A DNA stretch of 64,000 nt from the human T2T-CHM13v2.0 reference genome, Homo sapiens. The translations under genes and the position numbers were made by a program. Shown piece by piece: positions 1-14,235 of this stretch (the first letter of the stretch is position 1; every line of letters begins with the position of its first letter). The stretch lies in NCBI RefSeq assembly GCF_009914755.1, contig NC_060927.1, one strand, 5' to 3'. The notes under the pieces are model-generated. The model searched no databases. It saw only the letters and a program-made list of their open reading frames with translations, and was not told the DNA's origin.

Positions 1-179
1 ATTTTCATGAGGCCCTGGCAGTGGGAGCATTGAGAGAACCTGTAATGATGATGACAGCGGTATAATCCAGTAGCATTTATTCCCAGGCCCAAAGCATTCA
101 ATAGTGCCCGTCATTCATTCACTTGCTCATGTGCTGGGCAGCTCTTATGCTCCAGCAGTGAATAAGGCTTCCAGCACTT

Positions 180-760
180 ACGTTCTATGCAGAGAGACAA
201 ACAAAGACATGATAAATATGTAACACAACACAGGTTGAAATAAGTGCTTTGAAGAAAAATGAAGTGGTGTGAGATGGTTATGAGGTAGGGGGAGGTCTCT
301 GTGATCAAGTCTTCACACAAATGAAGGGAATAGGGGACCCAACCATGCCCAACCATGCAGATTGCTGAGCCAGGCAAAGAACACAGCCCATGCAAAGGCC
401 CTGGTTTAAGGCCCAGCAAGGAGGCCAGGGCTGAAGCTGAGTGATGGACGGAGTAGCAGAAAGGATGTCAGTGGGGTCCCAGGGGCAGACCACCAAGGGC
501 CAGGTTGGCTGCAGTGAGGACTTTGGTCTTCCTCAGAGGGAGGTGGGAGCCATGGGAGGGTGTTGAAGAGAGGAGGGAGTGATCTGACCTAGGTTTTAAC
601 AGTATCCCTGTGGCTGCAGGGGAGGGACAGACTGAGGAGGGAGTGAGGGTGGAGGTGGGAAGACCAGTGAAGAGGCCACTGCAACCATGCAACTAATAGA
701 CACCGGGACGTGGACCAGGTCCGTAAGAGGCAGCCAGTCGTGGACATGTTTTAAAGAAAA
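180..760. mobile_element. L2 LINE fragment
   Basis: L2-typical phrases: tgcaaaggccctgg, ggagccatgggaggg, gtgatctgacc..gttttaa, ctgtggctgcag. Confidence 0.6.
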
Positions 761-2279
761 GTAGTGACTCATTATAGACACACACAGCCCTGTGAGGCCA
801 GGAGAAGTATGTTCACTTTACAGAGGAGGAACCTGAGGCTCAGAGAGGTTAAGTCACCTGCCCAGTGTCACACAGCAAGGGAGTGTCAGAGCTGGGATTA
901 AAACCCAGGCCATCTGGTTCCGAGGCCTGTGCTCTCTCATTCTGTCATGAGCGTCTCCTTGGGACTCATACCTGACTCACGTGGCACAGGTCTGGGGTCT
1001 GAGATTGGAAGTGGACCATCCCCACCCCCAACACTAGTGCCAGGATCAGCTACAGAGCAAAACTGGGAAGGGGTCCAGAAGTATACCTGTGTGGCAGGGA
1101 GACAGAGATGGGATGGGGCCCCTGCATAGGTTGGGACAGGTGAGAGCGAGGGAGGAAGTAGCTAGGGATGTATTCCAGCTTTCTGGACCTGGATGTGGAG
1201 TGTGAGGTCAGCACACCATGAGCACTCAGCAAACAACCCCCATGGGCAGGCCGTGCAGTCAGACAACCGAGGCTCCAACCTCGGCTCTGCCCTTCACCAG
1301 CTGTGTGGCCTCCAGAGCATCACTTACCCTCTCCATGTCTCGGCTTCCTGACCTGCTCACTGGGGCTGTTGTGGGGGTAATGCAGGGAAAATGCTGGGGA
1401 AAATGCTGGCCAGGCAGCTAGCAGAGTAATCAATCCAGCTGACAGGCAGAAGCTGGGCCATCAGGATTACAGGGAGGGGCTGCAGTGCCAGCCTTCCCCA
1501 CTCTGCCCAGACGCCCCCGCCTTATGGGGCTTTGCCTCCCACCCACTTTCCATCTTCTGCAGTGGACTCGGGGCCTCCTTCCTGTCCCTGATTCAGAAGT
1601 GACAGCCAAGACTGAGTTGTGCCTGCTAGCCTGGAATTACAACTTCTGGAGAAGAAAATGATTAACATGGTTGCAGAAGGCTGGATTCTTAGAATCGGGC
1701 TGTGTCAGAGAAAGCTTCTGGTCCAAACTACACCCCACCCATTTTACAGTTGGGGAAACTGAGGCCAGGAGAGAGGGCACATTTTCTAAGCCACTGGATC
1801 CTTAGGGCCTGGTGCCTAGTCCCCTGCCTTGGGGGAGTCCCAGGGAGGCCTAGGGGATACAGTCAGGGCAATGGGCTTGGCCAATCAGGATTGCCAGGGC
1901 CCTGCTGGGCCACGCATTAAAGTTCTGGTTGCCGGATCGTGGGAGATCCAGGGGTCCTGGGGGAGAGACCTGGAGACATTGGGTGAGGAGACCTTGGGGA
2001 ACCAGTTGTTTCCCAGCCAGTGTGGGGGTGCTGCAGTATTTTAACACCAGCCACACACATGCCAGCGCCGCTTCCTCCACCACCCCCCTCTTGCTGCAAC
2101 TGGTGCAGCTCCTTCCAGCCTCAGCCTCTGCGCTACACCCTTTATATGCGTTTTCCTCCAGAGCCTCACAAGCACCCTGTGAGGATGCATTTTTAACTTC
2201 AAGGACCACCACTTGCCAAGGGGAAGTGACCTGCCGTGGTCCCACAGCTAGTTTGTGGCAGAGCCAGAAGTCGAGCCAG

Positions 2280-2470
2280 GCCCTGTTCTAAGCACTTTAT
2301 GTATATGAACTCATTTAACTCTCACAAAAACCTTTGCACGAGGACTATAATTATCCCAATTTTACAGTGGAGGAAACTGAGGCTCGGAGAGGTGACATGG
2401 CTTGCTCAAGGTCACCTACTTGGCTAGTGGCAGAGCTGGGATTTGAACCCAGGCTGTCTGGCCCCAGAGC
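2280..2470. mobile_element. MIR SINE (one of many; others near 780-920, 8690-8820, 10650-10800, 27090-27310, 37270-37410, 39110-39300)
   Basis: MIR core: attttacag..gaggaaactgaggctc.gagaggt....cttgc.caaggtcac...ggcagagctgggatttgaacccagg. Confidence 0.8.
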
Positions 2471-3312
2471 CCAAGCAAAGGGAGAGGGGTTTGTAGCAAT
2501 GGGGTGAAGGTGAGAGGAAGGATGCGGGAAACATGCCCCAGAGGAGGAAGGACTTTTGAGAACAGGGGTGTCTAACGTTCACTTGTGTGTGTGATGAAAT
2601 CCCCTTTGTCATCTCCTTCCTGCCAGCATCACAGAGCTATTCCTCTTTGGTCTTCAGAGCATGTGTGTCCCAGCCTGACCCCAGATCAGCATCTTGCCGA
2701 CAGAGACAGCCCACCTGGGATGGCGTCATGACCCTTACACTGAAGCAGCAGCAGGAAGTCAGAGCCAGGGGGCCAGGAGGGGAGCTGCCCTGGGCACAGT
2801 GGAGGGTGTCTGGGCCAGCTGGGGCCAGGACCAGGGGTGCTGAGGCTCAGTCAGATTAAAAACAGAGCTATGCAAAGTGCGGCTGCAGGTCCCGTCCTGT
2901 CTTTGAACTATTTGTTGCTGGACAGTGATTTTTACGTTTGGAAACAAACATTTGAGAACCAATGGTTAAAAACTATTACAGCAATTTCACACATTGCCAC
3001 AATATCTAAGTGCCTGATCAGTGGCTTCTATTTTTCAGGTCTTTGTTTTTTAATTTCATTTTTCAATAACTCATTGTTAGTGTATTTTTCTCAAATGTAT
3101 CAGTCTCCAGTGGATTGAAAGTAAAAAGAAAATACTGGCCTTCCCCAGATAGCCCAAGAGGCACTGCTTTTACCGGAGCTACCCAGTGGTGAGAAGCTGG
3201 CGCTCGACCTGATGTGCAATTCAACCTAAAATAAAGCTGTAAGGTAAAAGTTCTGCTTTTGAAATGAAGGAAACTTTTATGTGAGCTGAAACAGATGTAA
3301 CTTTTTTTAGGT

Positions 3313-3536
3313 CAGGGTTTCTCAACCTCAGGCAGTATTGACATTTTGGACCAGACAATTCTTTGTGGTGGCGGGGAGCTGTCCTGTGCACTGCAGGGTG
3401 TTGGCAGCATCCCTGTCCCCTACCACTGGATACCAGTGGCACATACCCTCTCCCCACTTGTGACAACCCAAAATGTCTCCAGAGATTGCCAAATGTCCCC
3501 TGGGGAAAAAAAATCACCCCCTGTTGAGAACGGCTG
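3313..3536. mobile_element. MER20 (hAT-Charlie MITE)
   Basis: cagggtttctcaacct...ttgacattttggaccagacaattctttg...gtgacaacccaaaatgtctccagagattgccaaatgtcccctgggg...gttgagaac, with terminal inverted repeats. Confidence 0.85.
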
Positions 3537-4279
3537 GTTTGGACGTTCTGCTTTCCTGTGTGTGTGAGAGAACGTGTCTAGGAGAGTGTCTGTACGTGCA
3601 GGTGTGTGTCTGTGTGTGCCTGGGCATGTGTGTGCTTTACTCCAGGCCCACCTTCCTCACTCACATTGCCTGGCCTCGTAGGCATCTGTGTTTGCAACCC
3701 TGGTGTCACCCATTAGTCTCAAGTAGCGCCCGTCAGATCTCCCCTCCCTCCAGGCATGGCTGTCACTGAGGCACAGTCTATGAAGGTCGCAGTGGAAACC
3801 AGGGGACCCTCAGAGCCACTGTCTGCACCGGATGAAGCTGCCCTCCAATGCTTCCCACCCCCGCGCACCTCAGATCCCTACCCACACCGCACCTCCCAAG
3901 ACACCGGGGCACAGACAAGATCTCAGCAGTTGGACAGAAACCAATGCTCCCGACAGAGAAGGGCCTCAGGCCTGAAGAATGACAGCCTGAGGTTAAGTAA
4001 AGTGGTCATCGAGAACCAGGGATAAAGAAGAAGCTGAACCGTCACCTGGCAGGGGAGCTGGAGGAACAGAGGCTCACTGTAGGGAACATGAGGGAGTACA
4101 GCTTGTTCAATCTGCACACATCTGTGCCCCAACCCTCATTCGGGGGACTCTGACTCAGAATAACCTGGGCAGGGTCCCAGGATCTGTATTTTTAAAGCTC
4201 ACCAGGTGGTGTTGATACACAGCAAGAGTTGAGAATCCCCTGGGAAGCTTGATAGAAATATAAATTCATGGCAAAACAG

Positions 4280-4656
4280 AAGTAAGGAGTCTGACAGTAC
4301 CAAGCATTGCTGAGGTTGTGGAGCAACTGGAACTCTCAGACGCTGCTGGTGGTGATGTAAAGTGGTACAGCGACTTTGGAAAGCTGTTTGATAGTATCCA
4401 TTAAAATTTCAAGATACGTATATTCTAAAATATATCTCAATAAAGCTGTTAAAAATATGCATATCCTGTGGGCTGCTGATTCCACTTGAGGGTATATACT
4501 CAACAGAAATGTGTGCATTTCGGTACCGGAGGCATGTTTAGGCACCGGAGTATTCACAGCAGCGTTTTCCATAAAAGTCAAAAATTGAAACAAACTGAAA
4601 GTCCAACCATGGTAGAAGAGATCAATAAAAATGGCGGCATATTCACGCAATGGAAC
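4280..4656 (+). mobile_element. Old L1M 3' fragment (left part, split by the retrocopy)
   Basis: Contains typical L1 3' motifs such as gtggagcaactggaactctca...gctggtgg..tgtaaa.tggtaca..cactttggaaa. It continues after 7190. Confidence 0.75.
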
Positions 4657-7189
<2,533 letters not shown>

Positions 7190-7620
7190 CACAATGGAAG
7201 TTTACATAACAATGAAAAAGAATGTGCAACATACAACAAAACGGATGAATATCAAAAACATCATGCTGAATGAAAAGGGCTGGACAGTGAAGCATATACG
7301 CTGTATTATTCCATTGATAGGAAATTCAAGCACAGGTGAAAACAAACTTCCCTGTGCAGCGATACACATAAGGTGATAACACCATAAAGAACAGCCAGGG
7401 AATGATTTTCAAAAAAGGTCAGGAGGGTGGGTACCTCTAGGGGAGCAGGAGTGGGATGTGATTGGAGATGAGCCCATGTGGCAGGGTGGGGGGATCTTCT
7501 AAGGGGATGGCAATGCTCTGTTTCTCAACCAGAGTGGTTATAAGTGTGTTTACTTTTCATTACTCTCTACGCGGCACCTCTATGTTAAACTCACACATAT
7601 ATTTTATAATTTTAACTAAA
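7190..7620 (+). mobile_element. Old L1M 3' fragment (right part)
   Basis: The sequence caatgaaaaagaatg...ggatgaatatcaaaaacatcatgctgaatgaaa...tattccatt continues the L1 3' end broken at 4656. Confidence 0.7.
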
Positions 7621-10600
7621 AGAGGAGAAAAAAGATGCATCTGTGCCACTGTCCGCAATGCTGATTCCTTATGTTTGGGCTCAGGCCTGGGATGAGCATT
7701 CTGAATATGCCCGCACCACCCCCAGGTGATTCCAGTTCACAAGGTTCTGGGGCCACACTGGGGTCTAAGACGTCTGCTGAGCACACGTGGGGTGAGGAAT
7801 CCAGAAGCCAGCCTCAAATGGGTGGATCCCACCTCTCCACCCATTGCTGGTTTTGAGTGGTGTGTGGTAACTGAGGTGGGGGCCCAGCAAGCCCCCAGCA
7901 TAGCAGCCGGTCCACAGGCCACCCTCTGTTGATGCCAGTCTTCTACAGAACTGTCCTGTGGGATATTCGCTTTAATAGGCACATGCTGGGCTTATAGAGG
8001 GACTCTGGACAGGAGGGTGGGAGCTCGTCACTAGTCACTGGAATCCCACAGCCGAGGCTGGCAGCCTAGAGAACCCACCCTGAAGGTCAGGCCCTTTAAC
8101 AAAAGGGTGGAGAGGAAGCAACCTGAGGGGCTGTCGTCAGGGAGGCAGCTGGCATCTTCTGGGGCATCTGCTGAGGCCCGCCCTGTCTCCCCAGAGCTTG
8201 AGGGGCGGGCTGGCAGGCAGGCAGGAGAAAAGGGAAGCTTCAGGCCCATCCTCTGTGTGAGAAGTCACAGAAGATGGCAGCTGCATGGAGGCTGTGCCCC
8301 CTTATCAGCCAGGACAGGCTTGGGTAGGTGAGTCTGGACGCCACCCCATCACCACCTAAGGTGATGATTTATTAATCACCTGCTAAGTGCAGGCAGCCAT
8401 GGCCAGTGCTGGAAATGGGAGGACCCACCCCTGTGGGGCTCAGGACTGTTGTGTTATAAAAGGCAGTGAGTGGATCAGGGGCGTGGTGAGAGGGTGTAGC
8501 AGGCAGCAGCTCCAGGAGTCTGGGGGCAAGGTCTGGAGATCCGTGGGAATTAGCCACACCAGGAACCCCAGGCAGATAGAAGAGCCTGGGCAGGACATGG
8601 GGTGGGCTGACAGTGAGCACAGGCTGAGCCTTCCACGCAATTGGCGTGGCTCTCAAAGCTTTCCTGCATTCACTCTGTCCATCCTCAGGACGGCACTGAG
8701 ATGCGGGTGCTGTGAGTCCCATTCTACAGATGGAGAACTGGGCCACAGAGAGGTTAAGTAACCAGCACAAGGTCACACAGCTCATCAGCAGCTGAGGCTG
8801 GATTGGAACCCATTTCACTACACGGCCTCGCATTTGGCTTGTTTTTCCCCAAGAATTGAAAGGCCAGTGAGCAAGGAGGGCGGGGAGAGGCGAGGGTGAG
8901 AGAGGCCTGGTGCTGGGCCACGCTGGGCCAGAGGGCCATGGAAGACTTTGAACTTGATCCTCACAGCAGTGGGGAGCCACTGGACCATAGAGAGCAAGTA
9001 ATGATATCAGATACGCATTTTACAGGTGCTCTCCTGCCACGTACAGCCTGACCGTCGGGCAACACCGGCCAGTCAACAAACATGGCCTCACTGGTGCAAC
9101 ATTTGCTGAGCACCTCGCGGGCACTATCTTCTCTTCAGGCCGTAGGTTCCATTTTGACCCCACTGCTAGACAGCAAGGACATCTCAAATACCAATGTATG
9201 AATTTTACCGACTTTGATGACTGTAAGGAAGCCCTGTCCTGCACAAACCCCATCAACCACTTGAACCATTGATTCATCCTCTAAAAAGCACAGTTAGGCC
9301 ACTCTCAAGCTTTTCTACTTTCAGTCTTGCTTTGTTGAGATAGGTTTCATGAAGCCTTTCCTAATTAAAGTTTGTAATGAGGATTTGATTCATCAACACA
9401 TTTCTTTGCTCGTAGCTCCTACACCAGTTGTAGACAACTTCTACCACTGTGGAGTTCCTTTTTTGCACATTATTTCCTTCGGCTCCAATTCTCTCCCTTC
9501 AAATTTTTGCAGAATTTAATGTTGGCATGGAGATTGGATTCATCTGTCAATTTTTAGATCAATAACTATTTTTACTGTGCACAGTTTTAGTTGATGCCAG
9601 TTTTATTTTGTGTTATTTCTACTAGTGATGTTCATGTTGAATTGGATAAGAGACAAATGGTGCATGTTTCTTTCTTAGGAAACCAATGAGAAATAGAAAA
9701 ATGTTTGTGAGTCAGAAAAAGAAAAGAAGACAGACAACCAAGAGAAAGAGATCCAGAAAGAGACAGAGGCTGATAGAGAGGCAGAGACAGGAAGACACAG
9801 AGACAAAGCAGAGAGAGACACATGCAGTGATGGTTTGGCTCCTGGCCACTCAGTGGAGTCAAATGACAGTGTCCATCCTAGTGTGCCCCATTGCCCTGCT
9901 TCCTCTCCAATCAAAAGCTGGACATTCCCACTTCCAGGAAGTTGCCTTAACCTGGAAGGTCCTTTCCTTCTGGACTTAGCTCAAGGTTGCTCATTCAATT
10001 GCTCAGGACAGCTTTATCAAAATAAGATAAAAGGTCACCCAGATGGTGTCCCAGCAGACATGGCCTCTGGGAAGACACTGACCAACAGATAACACCCCAG
10101 GCCCAAGTAAAACCAACTCATCCCTTGGCCTAAGCCAAGTTGCTCACATGCACCCTAGGTGCATGTGAGGCTGGGGGTCCCACTTGTGAAGTATCTAGCA
10201 GGGCACTGGCACACAGTGGATGCTTAAACAGTGTCCCTCTGCCCTGATGTCATCATGGTCCCCACCTCAATGGGCTGGCTAAGGATGGTGCAAACCCTCT
10301 CAGCTCTGGTTTCACTTGCAACAGAACAGTGGCCTCATCCTCGCCCAGGGCCTGTGGGGTGAACAGGATGGGAGCTTAAGGTCTCCCTGGCTCAGCCTTC
10401 AGGCTGGTGAGAGGTCCTCCTTTGCAGGACAGACCTAGACTCAGATTGAGCAGAGGCAGACTCTCGTTGCCCTTCTCTTCCTGCCATCTCCACTGTGTGG
10501 AGCTCCATGTTAAGAAAGCCTCTGAAGCTGAGCCTTTGGGAAGAACTGTGGTGATCGATAAGCACTGTCATCGACGAGGGCCAGGGGAGCTTGTCTTGTG

Positions 10601-10765
10601 TTTCCTGCATCTTTAGTTGCTGCTCTGCAAAGACCAAGAGCACAGGGACCTGGGTCTGAGCCTTAGCTACACCACCACCAGCTAGTGACTGTGGGCAAGA
10701 CTTGTCACCTCTCTGAGCCTCAGTTCTTCATCTGGGAAATAGGGATAATATCATGATTTATCTCA

Positions 10766-11131
<366 letters not shown>

Positions 11132-11299
11132 TTATGAAGGAATGGGTTTTTTCTCCCTTATTTGTCAGGTGAGTCAGCAGTGGGGTAGAAGAGCTGTGGT
11201 CTGAGCTTCATTATTTTCACACATGGTGACCCAGGCCAGCTGTTTTTTTTTTTTTCTCTCTCTCTCTGGCCCTCAATTTCCTCTCCAATAAAGTGGACC

Positions 11300-11822
11300 T
11301 AACAGTTTCTTATAAAGAGCTAAACACACACTTAGCATGCAACCCAGCAATCCCACTCCTAGGTATTTAGCCAAGAGAAAGGAAACACATATTCACATGA
11401 CACTTGCGTATCAGTGTTTAGGGTGGCTTTATCCACAGCATCCCAAACTAGAACCCACACAAATGCCCACCAACAAGTGGATGGATGAACGCTCTGAGGT
11501 ACATCCACTCCCCGGAAGAACAAGGCACTGACACGTGCAACTACATGGGTGGGTCTCAAAACAGGCTGAGCCAAAGAGGCCAGAGACAAAAGATATCCAT
11601 GCTGTGATTCGGTTTATATGAAACTCTTAAAGACAAACTGAATACATACCAATAGGAAGATCAGTGGTGGCCTAGGTCTGGTGGGAATGTTCTAATTGTA
11701 CCTTGATTGGGTTGGTGGCTACATAAAAATGTATACACTTGTCAAAACGTACTAAACTGTACACTAAAAATGAGTGTGTTTTACTGTATATACATTAGAC
11801 TTCAACAAAGTTATTTTTTAAA
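11300..11822 (+). mobile_element. Old L1M 3' end fragment
   Basis: acccagcaatcccactcctaggtattta.ccaagagaaa.gaaa...gtcaaaac..actaaactgtacact.aaaa.tgagtg, which are L1 3'UTR motifs. Confidence 0.75.
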
Positions 11823-12787
11823 AATGTCCCTGAGGCAACCTTCCTGCAAACTTTCTAGGGCTCGTGTGTGATCGGATGGGAGGACGGGCATGTAGGAACT
11901 TTGTCAGGCGGGAAAGCCCTTCACAGGTGGGAGGCATTGTGGTAACTTCTATGGCTGGTACTGAAAACAGCAACCACAGCCCAACCACGCCAGTTCTACT
12001 GAGAGTCTCCCACCAAGATGAGAACGCCACAGCCCTGGAGTCAGGCCCACCCAGGCTGGCGTTCAGTCTCCCGCCTTCACAACCCGCTCTGCCACCTGCC
12101 TGGGGAAAAGGCTTCCTCCCCAAGCCTCTGTTTCTGGAATATTCCTCTCAGCTTGGCTCTGGGCTGAACACAAGATGTGCCATCAACCCTTATCAAATGT
12201 TGATTTCTCCAGTATCCATTGACCACGAGACCAGGGCTGAGAGGAGCAGCCTCCCTGGGGCTCACAGCACTGCAGCAGCAGAAGCAGCCAGAACCCCACA
12301 TCCTTCCATGCCATTCCTGGACTGGCCTTTGGGCTGCACTCGGTGCCATACGGGGTGGGGTGATGGGGTGAGGCTGTCCATCACATGGGTAACAGGTTCC
12401 CTGTGTGGCTTTCGTGGCAGTGTATGGCAGCCTCTCCTTTCAGCACAGAGGCTGATGGCTAAGTCACCGCATGCCAGGGCACTCAGAGAACTACTGTGTC
12501 CAACACAGGACTTCATGTTGGTCCCTGTGGGGCAGGGGCTGGGTCTGGTCACCTCCATACCCCAGCACCCAGAGCAGGTGCTAAGCCAACACTCATTTAC
12601 AAGTAGTCCATGGAGACCACACCGTGCCAAGTCCTGGTGGCCCCAGAAGGTTCTCCTCCCTCTCCCTCTGCTAAGGCCCCATGGCCTCTCCTGCCCTTCC
12701 CTGAGTGGTTTCTTCCAGCCTCAGGTAGGAAGGGGACCACACATCTTTAAATTGCCTCATGGTGTTAGATAAGCACCTTTGCTTCCC

Positions 12788-13610
12788 TGTAATGGTTCAT
12801 TCATGCATCAACTTGGCCAGGCTGGGCTGGACGCAATGGTGCACACTTGTATTCCCAGCACTTTAGGAAGCCGAGGTGGGAGGATAATTTGAACTCAGGA
12901 GTTCCAGACCAGCCTGGGCAACATAGTGAGACCTTGTCTCTACAAAAAATAAAAAAAATTAGCCGGTGTGGTGGCCCATGCCTGAGCTTCCAACTTGAGA
13001 GACTGAGGCAGGAGGATCACTTGAGCCCAGTAGTTTGAGGCTGCAGTGAGCTGAGATCGCACCACTGTACTTCATGCACTCCAGCCTGGGCCACAGAATG
13101 AGACCCTGTCTCAAAAACAAAAGAAACAAACAAAAAACCCAAAAACCCACTTGACCAGGCTTTAGTGCCCAGTTGTTTGGTCAAACATAGTCTGGATGTG
13201 GCTGTGAAGGTATTTTTTAGATGTGATTACATTTAAATCAACAGACTTTTGAGTAAAGCATTTTACCCTCCACAATGTGGGTTGGCCTGATGCAATCAGT
13301 AGTGAAATTAAGAGCAAAGATTGAGATTCTCTAAAGAGGAAGGAATTGTCCTCAAGGCTGCAACATAGAGACCCTGCTTGAGCCTGCCTGGGCTGCCCTG
13401 CAGATTACTGACTACCAGCTCCACAATTGCATGAGCCAATTCCTTTAAATCAACCTCTTCCTCTGTCTTTCTGGATAGACATGATAGATGGATGGATGGA
13501 TAGATGATAGACAGATGGATGGGCGGATGGGTGGATGGGTGGATAGATAGATGTTCGGATGGGTGGATGGATCTATTGGTTCTCTTTCTGTGGAGAACTC
13601 TGACTAATAC
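12788..13610 (+). mobile_element. MLT2-type (ERVL) LTR, interrupted by an AluJ and containing a (GGAT)n/(TAGA)n tract
   Basis: tgtaatggtt...caacttggccaggct; gctgtgaaggtattttttagatgtg; gagtaaagca..ttaccctccacaatgtggg; ends ctattggttctctttctgtggagaactctgactaataca. Confidence 0.75.
12824..13147 (+). mobile_element. AluJ
   Basis: Diverged Alu with TSD acttg(g/a)ccaggct on both sides. Confidence 0.9.
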
Positions 13611-13659
13611 ACTCTTGGAGCCCCACCCTCCTCATCCAAATGAACTGAGGCTCCCACAG

Positions 13660-14235
13660 TGGACATCAGCTGTTTCTGCCCATCCAGCATACAGACCTCC
13701 TTTTGGTAACAGCACCCTGATTTTGCTCTGGGGAGACCCCCTCCCTTACCCCCTGTCCATGTGATTTCCTGGCTTACGGATGAGTTGGGTGAGAGCAGCA
13801 GGAGAGACTGACTGCAGAGGGGGTCTCCCTCCCCAACCCTGTCCATGTGGTTCACAGGGCTGACACTGCTTCCAAGAAGGGCATAAGCCAGGTTTATCCA
13901 ATCATAGCAGTCCTTTCTCCAGGCCACAGTGACTGGCTGAGGGACAAGCACGTGACCCCACACTGTCCAATGGGAGACAGCCCCAGGACTTTTGCTGGAG
14001 CCATCTGCATGTTCTTTGTCCACTGGAAGGTAGAATGATATAAGTCTGGAGAGCCTGCCCAAAGCAAAGCCAACAGCCCAGAGAAAGAGAGAAGTGAATG
14101 ATGGGAAGACCAAGCTCTGATGTTGTCCCTTGAGCCCCTGGATGTAGCCCTTCCTGATGCCAATATGAGCATTGAAGGTCTCTTTCGCACTTGGGCAAGT
14201 TGGGGCTGGGTTTCTACCACTTATAACCTAACACT
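13660..14235. mobile_element. Ancient ERVL-type LTR (LTR16-like); a similar element lies at ~56545-57090
   Basis: ggccacagtgactggct.agggac..gcacgtgaccca....gtccaatg.gagac..ccc.aggacttttgctgga. Confidence 0.55.

Noticed and set aside
11864-12772. 302-aa plus-strand ORF
   Set aside because: The listed start is GTG, the composition is low-information Pro/Ser/Leu/Gly, and I recognise no domain or splice context. One ORF this long is plausible by chance in GC-rich DNA. PhyloCSF or Ribo-seq would settle it.
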